Shown here piece by piece: positions 40,800 through 51,393 of a stretch of 64,000 bases of DNA. A program made the translations under genes and the position numbers. Within the stretch, counting starts at the first letter, position 1; every line of letters starts with the position of its first letter. Under the pieces are notes generated by a model that ran no database searches, had not been told where the DNA came from, and saw only the letters and a list, made by a program, of their open reading frames with translations. The DNA is from Pseudomonadota bacterium (GTDB lineage Bacteria; Bdellovibrionota; FAC87; UBA2466). The stretch covers positions 5,605-69,604 of the forward strand of contig RFNV01000159.1 of NCBI GenBank assembly GCA_009927005.1, in the 5' to 3' direction.

Positions 40800-41624
40800 T
40801 TAAGCAGTCTCCCAAAGATAATAGAGACAAAAGAAAAAAATGGGGGTTGTAAAAGCAAGGCCATCGACGCGATCGAGAATTCCCCCGTGCCCGGGCAAAA
40901 AACTTCCAGAATCTTTTTGCATCTGACTCCGCTTCAATACTGATTCAAATAAATCTCCTAATTGAGCCAAAAGACTCAGGACAGGAGCCGCTAAAATGAT
41001 TTTCCAATACCTTTCTGGAGACATTTCCTCTGGATACAGAAAACGAGCCCAAAGAAGAGTTACGATGACAGAGGCTAATAATGCCGTAACCGACCCTTCG
41101 ATTGTTTTTTTAGGGCTAATCTCACTCGCAAGCGTTCGTTTTCCCCAAGTCATGCCGCCAAAGTAAGCTGCCGTATCTCCCACAAAAACGATTAGAAAAA
41201 GCAAAATTAAGTAGGCTCTTCCCAGGTCAGGCCAGCTCACAATGCTAAATAGAAAACCAAACATCATTACAATGTAGGAAAAGCCCAGGCACTGGTTGGT
41301 TACTTCTTTTAACGCCAAATCAAACTCGCCTGATCGTGCTTGTCCTAAAACACCAGATCCCAAAATTAAAACAGTTGCTATCGCATAGGAGTAAAAAGCA
41401 GTTAGATGATCGCCCCCCATGAGAAAAATTTGAAAAGCGACCAAACAAAACATCAACGCTTTTCTGACAATAGATTTTCGGGAAAACATCAATGCATCAA
41501 ATTCAAGATAGGCACAGGCTCCAACCAAAACTACGACTAATCTCAAAAGCCCCAAGGAACCCCACATCACCAAAGCCAACAGAGCCACAGCCGCCGGAAT
41601 ACCAGTTAGTAGACGCGTTTTCAC
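40800..41624 (-). CDS. cdsA: Phosphatidate cytidylyltransferase
   Basis: Polytopic membrane protein with a CDS signature near the C-terminus (SxxKRxxxxKDxGxxxPGHGGxxDR). Confidence 0.75.
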   Translation of the reverse strand: MKTRLLTGIPAAVALLALVMWGSLGLLRLVVVLVGACAYLEFDALMFSRKSIVRKALMFCLVAFQIFLMGGDHLTAFYSYAIATVLILGSGVLGQARSGEFDLALKEVTNQCLGFSYIVMMFGFLFSIVSWPDLGRAYLILLFLIVFVGDTAAYFGGMTWGKRTLASEISPKKTIEGSVTALLASVIVTLLWARFLYPEEMSPERYWKIILAAPVLSLLAQLGDLFESVLKRSQMQKDSGSFLPGHGGILDRVDGLAFTTPIFFFCLYYLWETA

Positions 41625-42370
41625 AGGCTTACCTCCGTTGTTTTTTCAATTTGCTCTTGGGTTTTACCAAATCGGCGATTTCTTCCAGCAAAAACATCAA
41701 TTGCAGCTCGCAAATTTTCCGGGCGAAAATCAGGCCACAACTCATTTATCACTACGATCTCTGAATAAGCGAGTTGCCACAGTAGAAAGTTACTGATTCT
41801 GGATTCCCCTCCCGTTCGAATAAGAAGGTCCGGATCGGGAAAGCTGGGCTCATACAAAAAGCTCCTGACCGTGGATTCATTGATCGCGTCGATTTCTAAT
41901 TCCCCAGTCCTAACAGAGGAGGAAATTTTTTTAATTGCATCTACTAGTTCCTGTCTTCCCCCATAGGAAAGAGCAAGACTGAGTCGCAGTTTCGGATTTT
42001 TTAATTTGGTAAATTCGATTACTCGATTCAATTCCGCTGTTACAAAATCAGGTAAGCGAGACAATGTTCCCTGAGCTGATAGCGAGACTTCATTTTTTTT
42101 TAGCCTCTTGTCCATCGTCTTCAAGTGACGAACCAGAAGCTGCATCAACATTTTGACTTCCAGACCCGGTCTCTGCCAATTCTCGGTGGAAAAAGTATAG
42201 AGGGTAAGGTACTCGACGCCCAACCGACAACACTCGGTGACAATGTCATCAACGCGTTTTGCCCCCTCTTGGTGGCCAAGAGTGCGATGAAAGCCACGCT
42301 CTTTGGCCCAACGCCCATTTCCATCCATAATAATGGCAATGTGACGTGGAATAGATTTTGTCGGGTTCAT
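41621..42370 (-). CDS. uppS: Undecaprenyl-diphosphate synthase
   Basis: HIAIIMDGNGRWA motif and YAFSTENW-like LYTFSTENW. Confidence 0.9.
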   Translation of the reverse strand: MNPTKSIPRHIAIIMDGNGRWAKERGFHRTLGHQEGAKRVDDIVTECCRLGVEYLTLYTFSTENWQRPGLEVKMLMQLLVRHLKTMDKRLKKNEVSLSAQGTLSRLPDFVTAELNRVIEFTKLKNPKLRLSLALSYGGRQELVDAIKKISSSVRTGELEIDAINESTVRSFLYEPSFPDPDLLIRTGGESRISNFLLWQLAYSEIVVINELWPDFRPENLRAAIDVFAGRNRRFGKTQEQIEKTTEVSL

Positions 42371-42372
42371 GG

Positions 42373-42918
42373 TCAGATTGTCATGACCTCTTTGGTCTTT
42401 GAATCAACCGCTTTGTCGATATCTTGAATGAACTGATCGGTCAGTTTTTGAATCTCATCCTGGGTACGACGTTGATCATCTTCCGTTAAGGCTTTATCTT
42501 TTTTCAACGCATCCATCGATTCACGGCGAATATTTCTCACGGCAACTTTTGCGGCTTCGCCTTCTTTGCTGATTTGTTTAACGAAATCTTTTCGTCTTTC
42601 TTCAGTGATCGGCGGCATATTGATGCGGATAATTTTCCCGTCGTTCATGGGAGTTAAACCCAAGTTAGCAGCCAAAATAGCCTTTTCAATTTCACCGAAC
42701 AAACTTCTGTCCCATGGCTGAATGGTGATAGTCTTTGGATCGGGTGTTGCCAAAGCTGCTACTTCTTTCAAGGACATTTGGCTTCCATACACATCGACCC
42801 GGACGCTGTCCACCATAGTGGCCGAAGCGCGACCGACGCGCAGCTTTGAAAGCTCAGAGCGCAGATGCTCTACAGCTTTTTCCATGTTCTTTTTCATCTC
42901 AGTCATTAGTGGGGTCAT
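42373..42918 (-). CDS. frr: Ribosome recycling factor
   Basis: 181 aa with the canonical RRF sequence. Confidence 0.9.
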   Translation of the reverse strand: MTPLMTEMKKNMEKAVEHLRSELSKLRVGRASATMVDSVRVDVYGSQMSLKEVAALATPDPKTITIQPWDRSLFGEIEKAILAANLGLTPMNDGKIIRINMPPITEERRKDFVKQISKEGEAAKVAVRNIRRESMDALKKDKALTEDDQRRTQDEIQKLTDQFIQDIDKAVDSKTKEVMTI

Positions 42919-43646
42919 TTATCCCTCCGAACAATCGTTCCTATGTCTTCACCCATTATCACTCGCTTAAAGTTTCCAGCAGTATTCAGATTGAAAACCA
43001 AAAGCGGTAGGTTGTTATCCATACATAAAGAGATGGCTGTCGAATCCATCACCTTCAGATTGTCTTTTAAAACATCTAAATAATCGAGCCGCTTGTAGAG
43101 TTTAGCTTTGGGATTCTTAACTGGATCATCATCGTAGACACCATCTACTTTGGTGGCCTTCATGATGACTTCGGCATTAACTTCCATCGCACGTAAGCTC
43201 GCAGCTGTATCGGTCGTAAAGTAGGGATTTCCAGTTCCGGCTGCAAAAATAACGACTCGATTTTTCTCCAGATGTCGGACTGCTCTTCTTCGAATGTAAG
43301 GTTCGCAAAGCTCGTGCATTTCGATAGCCGACATCACTCGAGTATAGACGTCTAGCTTTTCTAAGCAGTCTTGCAAAGCCAAGCTATTGAGAACGGTAGC
43401 CAACATTCCCATGTAATCACTAGTCGCTCTATCCATTCCTTGAGCGGTACCAGCAATACCTCGGAAGATGTTTCCTCCCCCGATTACAATGGCAACCTGG
43501 ACTCCAAGCTCGTGTACTGAACGGATTTCTTTAGCTATGCGATCAATGACGTCAGGACTGATCCCAAAGGCCTTGTCTCCAGCTAGAGCTTCTCCGCTCA
43601 GTTTCAAGAGGACCCGTTGATATCGGGGCTTGGATGATTGGCTCAT
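42915..43646 (-). CDS. pyrH: UMP kinase
   Basis: [11 protein letters not shown] and GGGNIFRG motifs. Confidence 0.9.
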   Translation of the reverse strand: MSQSSKPRYQRVLLKLSGEALAGDKAFGISPDVIDRIAKEIRSVHELGVQVAIVIGGGNIFRGIAGTAQGMDRATSDYMGMLATVLNSLALQDCLEKLDVYTRVMSAIEMHELCEPYIRRRAVRHLEKNRVVIFAAGTGNPYFTTDTAASLRAMEVNAEVIMKATKVDGVYDDDPVKNPKAKLYKRLDYLDVLKDNLKVMDSTAISLCMDNNLPLLVFNLNTAGNFKRVIMGEDIGTIVRRDK

Positions 43647-44263
43647 ACGCTACAGCTAGCCTTCGTAGGAGCAGCTTCTCCCACTTGGAAACGAGCATAG
43701 CGACGGATGGCCATGTTTTCACCCAAAGTCGCAATTGCGTTTTTTAGCAAGGCTTCGATAGTGAGATCTGGATTTTTGACAAACTTTTGATTGACGAGGC
43801 AGTGCTCTTCATAAAATTTGCCAATCTTACCTTCCACGATCTTTTCAACGACAGGACCTTTTTTTCCTGATTCTTCAGCTTGAACTCGGAAAATTGCTTT
43901 TTCTTTTTCCAAATCCTCTGCAGGAACGCTATCTTTGTCGAGGTAACGAGGAGATGCTGCCGCAATGTGCATCGCAATGTCCCGAACCAAGTTTTGAAAC
44001 TCGTCCGTTCTCGCAACGAAATCTGTCTCACAATTTACTTCTAGGAGAACGCCAATTTTGCCTTCTCCGTGAATGTAAGATTGAACTCGGCCTTCATGAG
44101 CTGCGCGGCCAGCTTTCTTAGCCGCAGCAGCGAGACCTTTTTCGCGCAAGAAAGTCATGGCCTTTTCAATGTCATTGCCTGTTTCAAGCAATGCTTTTTT
44201 GCAGTCCATGAATCCCGCACCAGTTTTTTCTCGAAGTTCCTTCACTAATAGAGCTTCACTCAC
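43643..44263 (-). CDS. tsf: Elongation factor Ts
   Basis: LRE(K)TGAGxMDCKKAL UBA-like N-terminus. This is a short-form EF-Ts of 206 aa. Confidence 0.85.
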   Translation of the reverse strand: MSEALLVKELREKTGAGFMDCKKALLETGNDIEKAMTFLREKGLAAAAKKAGRAAHEGRVQSYIHGEGKIGVLLEVNCETDFVARTDEFQNLVRDIAMHIAAASPRYLDKDSVPAEDLEKEKAIFRVQAEESGKKGPVVEKIVEGKIGKFYEEHCLVNQKFVKNPDLTIEALLKNAIATLGENMAIRRYARFQVGEAAPTKASCSV

Positions 44264-44281
44264 AACAACCTCCCAGACTTT

Positions 44282-45199
44282 TTATTTGTCAGATTTTTCT
44301 TCCGCAGCTTCTTCCGTAACTTCGGTTGTTTCCTCTTCTTCTAAGAGGCTAGCATCCCGATAGTCGATTTCCGTGGGGATATTTAGAAGTTTTGGCCGTT
44401 TTACTTTTTCAACTACTGGGCCTGCAGCAACTGCTTTTTCAGCTTCAGCTGCCTTGGGCTGTTGGACTTGTCCTTCAGCAGCGCCTTGTCCCTGAGCAAT
44501 TCGAGCTTTTTGCTCATAAATAGCGGCGCCTTCTAAACAAGAATCTGCCATTAAGTTAACAAACAAGGTTACCGATTTAATCGCGTCGTCATTTCCTGGA
44601 ATGACGTAATCAACACGATCGGGATCGCAGTTTGTGTCCACTAAAGCTACGACTGGAATTCCCAATCGATTAGCTTCACGAACGGCAATATCTTCAGTCA
44701 TGGGATCGATGATAAACAATGCAGCAGGAAGCTGTCTCATTTGACGGATACCGCCCAAGCTCGCTTCAAGCTTTACTTGTTTTCTGTCGAATACAACGCG
44801 TTCTTTTTTCTTTAATAAATCGTAAGTACCGTCAGCACGTAAACGATCCATTTCATCAAGCTTTTCACAGCCTCTACGGATAGTAGCGAAATTGGTTAGA
44901 GTTCCGCCCAACCATCTTTCGGTAACAAAAGGCATATTGCATCGGCTAGCAGCTTCTTTGGCCATTGATGCTGCTTGATTTTTGGTGGCAACAAACAAAA
45001 TTTTTCCACCATCAGCCACGGTGTTTTTGATGAACGCGCAAGCTTCTTTTGCGTGCTTTACGGTTTTTTCGAGATCGATAATGTAGATCCCATTTCGAGG
45101 CCCATAGATAAAGGGCTTCATTTTAGGATTCCAACGGTGAGTCTGGTGACCGAAATGGACGCCAGCCTCGAGCATGTTTCTCATGGATACTTCAGGCAT
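44282..45199 (-). CDS. rpsB: 30S ribosomal protein S2 with a C-terminal Ala/Glu-rich acidic extension
   Basis: A canonical S2 core followed by an extension of about 60 aa ending [27 protein letters not shown] lies upstream. Confidence 0.9.
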   Translation of the reverse strand: MPEVSMRNMLEAGVHFGHQTHRWNPKMKPFIYGPRNGIYIIDLEKTVKHAKEACAFIKNTVADGGKILFVATKNQAASMAKEAASRCNMPFVTERWLGGTLTNFATIRRGCEKLDEMDRLRADGTYDLLKKKERVVFDRKQVKLEASLGGIRQMRQLPAALFIIDPMTEDIAVREANRLGIPVVALVDTNCDPDRVDYVIPGNDDAIKSVTLFVNLMADSCLEGAAIYEQKARIAQGQGAAEGQVQQPKAAEAEKAVAAGPVVEKVKRPKLLNIPTEIDYRDASLLEEEETTEVTEEAAEEKSDK

Positions 45200-45235
45200 A
45201 TTTTACCTCCGGTTAAGCCTCCGTTCCCGTGTGCC

Positions 45236-45259
45236 CTTTCGAAAACCAACCTTCGAAAG
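45236..45259 (-). promoter_or_regulatory. Hairpin in the rpsB 5' leader
   Basis: CTTTCGAA-AACCAACC-TTCGAAAG, an 8-bp stem about 35-60 nt upstream of the rpsB start on the transcribed strand. Confidence 0.3.
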
Positions 45260-45450
45260 AGACCGAAGTCTAAGTAAGGTAGGGGAACGTGTGTAATTGG
45301 CCCAAGGGAATAGCACGCCAAGTTCCCAGGAGCAAGCCATTTTACATAAGAAAATCAGGAACTAAACTAATCCTTTGTCGGAGATTTTGGGGATTTCGAG
45401 CTGTTAAAGCCCTTCATTCCAGTATAATGTCGAGATTCTTGATCAATTCT

Positions 45451-45639
45451 ATGTTTGGTTTTTCGGAAATTCTGGTCCTCGGGGTACTCATTTTCATGAT
45501 CCTGAAGAGGCATTCTTTGAGCCAATGGGGTTCGGCCCTGAGACAATCGGCTTTGGAGTTTAAAAAGGCGCTTCACCAGAAACCCGAGCGTGAAGTAAAA
45601 GAATATCGTTCTGAAAAAGGAGACTCTGATGTTAGGTAA
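45451..45639 (+). CDS. TatB-like twin-arginine translocase component (short)
   Basis: [18 protein letters not shown] TatB-like TM N-terminus and an amphipathic ALEFKKAL helix. A TATAAT lies at about 45422-45427. The long N-terminal extension of the track ORF was rejected. Confidence 0.5.
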   Translation: MFGFSEILVLGVLIFMILKRHSLSQWGSALRQSALEFKKALHQKPEREVKEYRSEKGDSDVR

Positions 45640-45814
45640 TTTAGGCTTTACAGAAATGCTGGTGTTAGGGGGAGTGGTTCTTTTGGTCTTTGGTCCTAAA
45701 CGACTTCCTGAGCTGGCTAAAGGATTAGGAAAAGGAATTCGAGAATTTAAAAAGGCTCTCAGTCAGCCAGAAGAAAAAGATGAGAGCGACTCAGATAGCG
45801 AACATAAAAAATAG
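45629..45814 (+). CDS. tatA: Twin-arginine translocase subunit TatA
   Basis: [44 protein letters not shown] is a canonical TatA. It overlaps the upstream Tat gene by 11 nt. Confidence 0.75.
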   Translation: MLGNLGFTEMLVLGGVVLLVFGPKRLPELAKGLGKGIREFKKALSQPEEKDESDSDSEHKK

Positions 45815-47667
45815 TGGTCACTTCAGAAAATTTAAAAGCCGCTCTATCCGACCAAATTAAAACATGGCCGACTCAGCCCGGTGTTTACATCATGAAAGAT
45901 GTCACCGGAAGAATTCTCTACGTTGGAAAAGCTAAAAACCTGAAAAACCGCATACGCTCCTATTTTCAGGCGCCAGAAAAGCTCACCCCAAAAACACGGG
46001 TTCTCGTTAAAAAAATTTACCAACTCGAGTTCACAGTCACTCATACCGAACTAGAAGCTCTGTTACTCGAATGTAACCTCATTAAAAAGCACCGCCCCCG
46101 ATACAATGTAAGACTGAAAGACGACAAAAATTACCCTTACGTTGTCTTAGATTTTACCCACCCTTTTCCCCAGTTTAGAGTCACCCGAAAAATATCCCCT
46201 TCCCCGGCGCTTCGGTATTTCGGACCGTTCAGTGGGGGCATTAGAGACATCAGTCGATTTTTGCTTAAAACTTTTCAGATTCGAGATTGTTCCGATTCGA
46301 AATTTAAAAATCGAAACCGTCCTTGCCTCAATTATGAAATCGGCACCTGTACAGCCCCTTGTGTGGATTATGTCTCTCAAACTGATTACGCAAAACAAGT
46401 TGAGGAAGCCATTTTGTTCCTCAAGGGCAGAAAACAAGCTCTCGTTCAAACCCTGCGGAAACAAATGCAAGACGCTTCGGACAAATGGGAATATGAAAAA
46501 GCAAAGAGCATTCGCGACAAAATTTCTGCTATTGATCGAATCACCGAGAAACAAAATGCGGTTCTCACAGAAAAACAGCGCGACATTGATGTGATCGGGG
46601 TTTTTGAAGGCGACCAGGAGCTTTCTATTGCGGTTCTTTTTATTCGAAATGGATTTTTAACCGGACGAAGAACACTCAAAATTCCAGTGACACTAGACTC
46701 TATTGAACAGACGATTTTAGAGTTTTTGCAGCAGTTTTATTTAGTTTCTCTGATTCCTGATGAAATCTGGGTGGCCACCGATTTTGAGGAGCGTTTGCTT
46801 TTAGAAAAGATGCTCGGCGAGCGATCACAGAAAAAAATTAGCATTCGAGTTCCTCGGACTGAACAACCCCTGCGTCTTTTGGGAATGGCTTATGAAAACG
46901 CAAAGTTGATTTACTTAGATCAAAAGAACAAAACAGCTATTTCGGGCGCGGATGAACTCCAAAGAGTATTGAATCTACCTGAGGTCCCCCAAACCATCGA
47001 AGGGATCGATGTTTCCAATTTACAGGGCAAAAATCCTGCTATTGCTCTGGTGCATTTTTCTGATGAACGCCCCCTAAAAAGCCGGTATCGACTTTACTAT
47101 CCAAAAACCGTTGAAGGGCAAAATGACTTTGCGATGATTCACGAAGTGGTCACTCGCCGTTTTAGCAAACCCGATCCACCACCGCCCGATCTGCTTTTGA
47201 TTGATGGCGGAAAGGGCCAATTGGCATCGGCGGAGCGGGCCCTCAAAAACTTGGGAGTTGAGATCCCTATTTTGGCCTTAGCGAAATCCCGAACGAAAAG
47301 TGCTTTCACTCGAAAGAATGTGGAGAAAACCGAGGAAAGGATATTTATTCCTAATCGAAAGAATCCCATTATTTTGAAGGAAACCAATCCAGCTCTTCGC
47401 CTACTGCAGCAAGTAAGAGATGAAGCCCATCGGTTTTCCGTAGTTTCCCACCGCCGACGGCGAAAAAAAATGATGCTCGATGAATCGATCCTTAAAGACA
47501 TTCCCGGCATTGGTGAGGCGACCCGGCTGAAGCTATTAAAACAATTGGGAAGTCTTACAGCGGTTTCTGAAGCTGGATTTGAAACGTTGATTGACGCTGG
47601 CTTAACCCGCAGTCAAGCTGAAGCAGTTTTAGATGGTCTCAGTAAAAGAACTGGTGAGGAGGAATAA
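45814..47667 (+). CDS. uvrC: Excinuclease ABC subunit C
   Basis: GIY-YIG motif ([25 protein letters not shown]), a UvrBC-interaction region and a C-terminal HhH. The GTG start overlaps the tatA stop. Confidence 0.9.
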   Translation: MVTSENLKAALSDQIKTWPTQPGVYIMKDVTGRILYVGKAKNLKNRIRSYFQAPEKLTPKTRVLVKKIYQLEFTVTHTELEALLLECNLIKKHRPRYNVRLKDDKNYPYVVLDFTHPFPQFRVTRKISPSPALRYFGPFSGGIRDISRFLLKTFQIRDCSDSKFKNRNRPCLNYEIGTCTAPCVDYVSQTDYAKQVEEAILFLKGRKQALVQTLRKQMQDASDKWEYEKAKSIRDKISAIDRITEKQNAVLTEKQRDIDVIGVFEGDQELSIAVLFIRNGFLTGRRTLKIPVTLDSIEQTILEFLQQFYLVSLIPDEIWVATDFEERLLLEKMLGERSQKKISIRVPRTEQPLRLLGMAYENAKLIYLDQKNKTAISGADELQRVLNLPEVPQTIEGIDVSNLQGKNPAIALVHFSDERPLKSRYRLYYPKTVEGQNDFAMIHEVVTRRFSKPDPPPPDLLLIDGGKGQLASAERALKNLGVEIPILALAKSRTKSAFTRKNVEKTEERIFIPNRKNPIILKETNPALRLLQQVRDEAHRFSVVSHRRRRKKMMLDESILKDIPGIGEATRLKLLKQLGSLTAVSEAGFETLIDAGLTRSQAEAVLDGLSKRTGEEE

Positions 47668-47668
47668 A

Positions 47669-48211
47669 ATGCATCCCTGGCATGACATTGATCCTGGAAC
47701 AAACATTGAAAGTCATTTAAATGCAGTTATTGAGATTCCGATGGACTCAAAAATTAAGTATGAACTTGAAAAGACCACGGGTTTTTTAAAAGTAGATCGG
47801 ATTCTTTTTAGCTCAGTTCATTATCCAGCTAATTATGGATTCATTCCCCAAAGCTATTGCGAAGATAAAGATCCCCTAGATGTTCTGGTTTTGGGACAAC
47901 TCGCAGTGGTTCCGCTCTCCATTCTCAGAGTGAAACCCATCGGCGTGATGAAAATGGTGGATCAAGGCGAGGCGGACGACAAAATCATCGCCGTTCATTC
48001 CGATGACCCCGAGTACAACCATTATGAGTCCCTCGAAGACTTGCCCCCTCATCGGATGGCGGAGGTTCAAAAGTTTTTTGAAGAATACAAATCGTTGGAA
48101 AATAAGAAAGTTGTCGTTGAAAAATTTTTAGACCGAAAAGAAGCTATCTCGATTATCAAAGAAGCCTTGAGCAGCTATAAAAAATATTTTTCTCAGCGAC
48201 CAGCTTCTTGA
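47669..48211 (+). CDS. ppa: Inorganic pyrophosphatase
   Basis: Family I PPase core. The start was chosen at MHPWHDI, 2 nt after the uvrC stop. Confidence 0.85.
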   Translation: MHPWHDIDPGTNIESHLNAVIEIPMDSKIKYELEKTTGFLKVDRILFSSVHYPANYGFIPQSYCEDKDPLDVLVLGQLAVVPLSILRVKPIGVMKMVDQGEADDKIIAVHSDDPEYNHYESLEDLPPHRMAEVQKFFEEYKSLENKKVVVEKFLDRKEAISIIKEALSSYKKYFSQRPAS

Positions 48212-49122
48212 ATGATTTCTTTGGTCCATCGGTCTACTTGAATCGTGGCCTTTGAATCAATTCGGGTAAAAAAGTTGTTCCCGGTTATTTCGCATGTTTG
48301 GGGAGCACCATCTAGGCAAACTGCGCTTGAATTCACCCCCACGATTCTATCGGGTAATTCCTTTAAAACGGGGCCTCCAGAATCTCCACTTCCAAGATTG
48401 GGAACTTTTGGGTCTGTCAAAGGGCCTAGGCTGCCGAAATAAAAACCAGATTGTAAAAATCCCATTTCGGCGGCAGACGTCCCTTCGGTTGCTTTTTCCA
48501 GTTCTTCTGGGGTCGCAACTTTGGAGTAACCATATTTCAGAATTGGCGGTGTAATGTCTCCATCTTCTTGTGCCCCGTAACCAGCTAAAATGATTTCATC
48601 CCCTGGCCGATTGGGATTGAAGTCAATTGGCAAGGAGGGAGCATCGAAAAAGGGTCCAGTTCCCGGTTCAACTGTTACAATCGCAAGATCCGGATTGGGA
48701 AGTTTTCCTGCCTGGCACTGAGCAGGAAAATATTTGCCTTTGTTCAAACAGTTTTGAAGCAAGGGATGAACGTGTATTTTTTTTATTTGAAGCGAATGCA
48801 TTGAAACGGGCTTCGACAGATCTCGGCCAAAGGAATAGTAATAATGACTTCCGGGCTTAGAATATTCAGGAAAAAACCAGCTCTTGCTGTTTGTTTCTAA
48901 AACACAATGGGCTGCTGTTAAAAATTGTCGGGGGGACACTTTAGCTGCCGTACAAAAACTATCTGTCAGATTTTCACTCAGTTCAGAAAATAAAAACAAA
49001 GCAGGAAATCGTTCACCCGCTGGCGTACCGCCAACTAATTGAGGATTTTTTTGAGCCCAACTCGTAAGGCTCACCAGGAAAAAAAGAACAATCTTTAGAA
49101 GTTTAATCGTATCCACAATCAA
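48193..49122 (-). CDS. Secreted trypsin-like (S1) serine protease
   Basis: LTAAHCV His box, GDSGGPV Ser box, and signal peptide [17 protein letters not shown]. The likely TTG/GTG start forms a TTGA overlap with the hmgA stop. Confidence 0.65.
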   Translation of the reverse strand: MIVDTIKLLKIVLFFLVSLTSWAQKNPQLVGGTPAGERFPALFLFSELSENLTDSFCTAAKVSPRQFLTAAHCVLETNSKSWFFPEYSKPGSHYYYSFGRDLSKPVSMHSLQIKKIHVHPLLQNCLNKGKYFPAQCQAGKLPNPDLAIVTVEPGTGPFFDAPSLPIDFNPNRPGDEIILAGYGAQEDGDITPPILKYGYSKVATPEELEKATEGTSAAEMGFLQSGFYFGSLGPLTDPKVPNLGSGDSGGPVLKELPDRIVGVNSSAVCLDGAPQTCEITGNNFFTRIDSKATIQVDRWTKEIIQEAGR

Positions 49123-50414
49123 GCTCTTGGTTGAAACATCACTTTCAGTTCTCTCCAGCAATCCAAATAATCCTTTTGGAGGAGCGGAGTTTTCTGAGCT
49201 GCTTCCGACACAACATAGGGATAACAACTTTCAAACATGATGGCGAGAGTATTGTCTAAAAATTGAGGGGTATTAGTGGCCCGAATTGCTTTTTCAGTCG
49301 TCTCAGCATCTGGGCCATGTGGAGACATGCAATTGTGGAGGCTGCTTCCCCCGGGCACAAAACCTTTTTCCTTTGCATCATAATGGCCCTTGATTAATCC
49401 CATCCACTCACTCATCACATTTCTGTGAAAATAGGGAGGCCGAAAAGTATCTTGGGCAACCATCCAACGCGGTGGAAAAATCGCAAAGTCACAATTTGCC
49501 TGACCCGGCACAGAACTGGGCGATGTCAGTACAGTAAAGATAGAGGGATCCGGATGGTCCAAGCGGACTGTGTTTACCGGCTGAAACAATCTCAAATCAT
49601 ATTTATACGGCGTGTAATTTCCGTGCCACGCAACCACATCTAAGGGTGAGCGGTCGAGAACAGTCTTAAAAAGATTTCCCTGATACCGAACATAAAGCTC
49701 AAACTTACCGGCCCGATCCTCAAAGCTAGCCTGAGGAATTAAAAAATGCCTGGGATCCGCTAAGCCATTGGCCCCAATCAATCCTAACGCAGGAAGTCTA
49801 AATGGCTCCCCAAAATTTTCGCAAACATAGCCTCGCGCCCAAGGCTCTCTCAGCTGGACTTGAAACTTCATTCCTCTAGGGATGCAAACGATCTCGCAGG
49901 GTTCAACCGATAGATCACCGCATTCAGTCTTGATGTAAAGGGGCCCCTTCTCGGGCACAATAAGAAGCTCTCCATCTGCGTCATAAGCATAGGAATCGGT
50001 CATCGATTGAGTAGCTGAATAAACATGAACAGCTACTCCTGAGCGAGTTTCGGGGCTCCCATTTCGAACCAACGTAAAAAGACCATGAATAAAATCAATA
50101 GGTTTAGATGGCTCCGGAAGGGGATCCCAACGTAACTGCTCTGGACTGGTTACGGGTTCTACTCCATTAGTTTTCCAAAGAGGGACGCTCACCGAGGAAA
50201 ACCGTCCATGGACCACCGAGGGCCGAATTTTGTAAAACCAAGTCCGTTTATTCTCAGCTCTCGCCATCGTAAATGCGGTTCCGCTGAGCTGCTCGGGATA
50301 AAGCCCCATAGGTGGCTTTTGAGGGGAGTTTTGATTTTTAGGCAATGCTGCTGCGAGCGCCTCAGATTCGAAAGTATTTCCAAAACCTGATTGATATTGA
50401 AGTTCAGTTTTCAC
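49119..50414 (-). CDS. hmgA: Homogentisate 1,2-dioxygenase
   Basis: 431 aa, a cupin-fold HGD with conserved His/Glu iron ligands. Confidence 0.85.
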   Translation of the reverse strand: MKTELQYQSGFGNTFESEALAAALPKNQNSPQKPPMGLYPEQLSGTAFTMARAENKRTWFYKIRPSVVHGRFSSVSVPLWKTNGVEPVTSPEQLRWDPLPEPSKPIDFIHGLFTLVRNGSPETRSGVAVHVYSATQSMTDSYAYDADGELLIVPEKGPLYIKTECGDLSVEPCEIVCIPRGMKFQVQLREPWARGYVCENFGEPFRLPALGLIGANGLADPRHFLIPQASFEDRAGKFELYVRYQGNLFKTVLDRSPLDVVAWHGNYTPYKYDLRLFQPVNTVRLDHPDPSIFTVLTSPSSVPGQANCDFAIFPPRWMVAQDTFRPPYFHRNVMSEWMGLIKGHYDAKEKGFVPGGSSLHNCMSPHGPDAETTEKAIRATNTPQFLDNTLAIMFESCYPYVVSEAAQKTPLLQKDYLDCWRELKVMFQPRA

Positions 50415-50592
50415 AGGAAAAAGAGTTTGCGCTGCTTCCTTTAATTTGTCATCTAGGATTGACAGCGGGGCATGTCTGCACGATTCTTGAGCCCCTAAAA
50501 TTTTAATATGGGGTTCTTTTTAACACTCGATTAAAATGGAGTTTGGTGCAAAAAATCCAACAAAACAATAATCTCTAGAAGGGCAACCAGTC

Positions 50593-51390
50593 ATGATGGA
50601 ACAACTAGCCAAAGCTTGGCAAGATGTCTTAAATAAAAGGGGCTTTGAGTACGGCCTTCCTTCCGACGTCTCCACCCATGGTTTTGCAATTGATAATTTG
50701 ATTACAACGCTCCACTATTTCATGGCTTTGCTGTTTGTAGGCTGGGGAATTTACCTAGTTTATTGCTTGGTCAGATTTAGAGAGCGCGAAGGCCATACAG
50801 CAGATGTCGCGCCGCAACACTTTTCCCTTCCCAAGTATCTTGAGATTGGAGTTGTTATTTTTGAAGCTTGTTTATTGGTGTTTTTCTCCTATCCCGTCTG
50901 GGCCAAGCTAAAAACTGACTTTCCAGATAGAGAAACCTCTTTAGTAGTTCGTATCACCGCTGAGCAATTTGCGTGGAATATTCATTATCCCGGAAAAGAC
51001 GGGAAATTTGGAAAAACAAACATAGATCTCATCGACGGAACAAATCCCGTTGGCCTAGATAGAGAAGACCCTAATGGAAAAGATGACATCGTGTCTATTA
51101 ACCAATTCAATGTTCCCGTTGGAAAACCTGTGATTGTAGAATTGGGAGCAAAAGATGTGATTCACGGATTCTTCCTTCCCAATGCTCGAGTAAAACATGA
51201 TGCAATTCCTGGAATGGTCTTCCCCCTTTGGTTTGAAACGAAAGAAACAGGAAAGTTTGAAATCGCCTGTGCTCAGCTCTGCGGCGTAGGACACTACCGA
51301 ATGAAGGGATATTTTAATGTCCTTACCCAAGAAGAGTACGACAACTGGATTTTAGAAGAAGAAGAAGCTTTGAAAGAAGAAGGAGCCTAA
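50593..51390 (+). CDS. coxB: Cytochrome c oxidase subunit II
   Basis: Two N-terminal TM helices and a CuA site (CAQLCGVGHYRM). Confidence 0.85.
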   Translation: MMEQLAKAWQDVLNKRGFEYGLPSDVSTHGFAIDNLITTLHYFMALLFVGWGIYLVYCLVRFREREGHTADVAPQHFSLPKYLEIGVVIFEACLLVFFSYPVWAKLKTDFPDRETSLVVRITAEQFAWNIHYPGKDGKFGKTNIDLIDGTNPVGLDREDPNGKDDIVSINQFNVPVGKPVIVELGAKDVIHGFFLPNARVKHDAIPGMVFPLWFETKETGKFEIACAQLCGVGHYRMKGYFNVLTQEEYDNWILEEEEALKEEGA

Positions 51391-51393
51391 TCA

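Noticed and set aside
45289-45450. 116-aa form of the first Tat-like ORF (MCNWPKGIARQ…)
   Set aside because: The N-terminal 54 aa have no TatA/B similarity and run through the rpsB promoter region. The TatB-like sequence starts at the internal MFGFSE.
50415-50592. Imperfect hairpin GAGCCCC…GGGGTTC and TTGACA hexamer between hmgA and coxB
   Set aside because: The stem has mismatches and the spacing to any -10-like element does not fit sigma-70 geometry. It is probably just a divergent promoter region.
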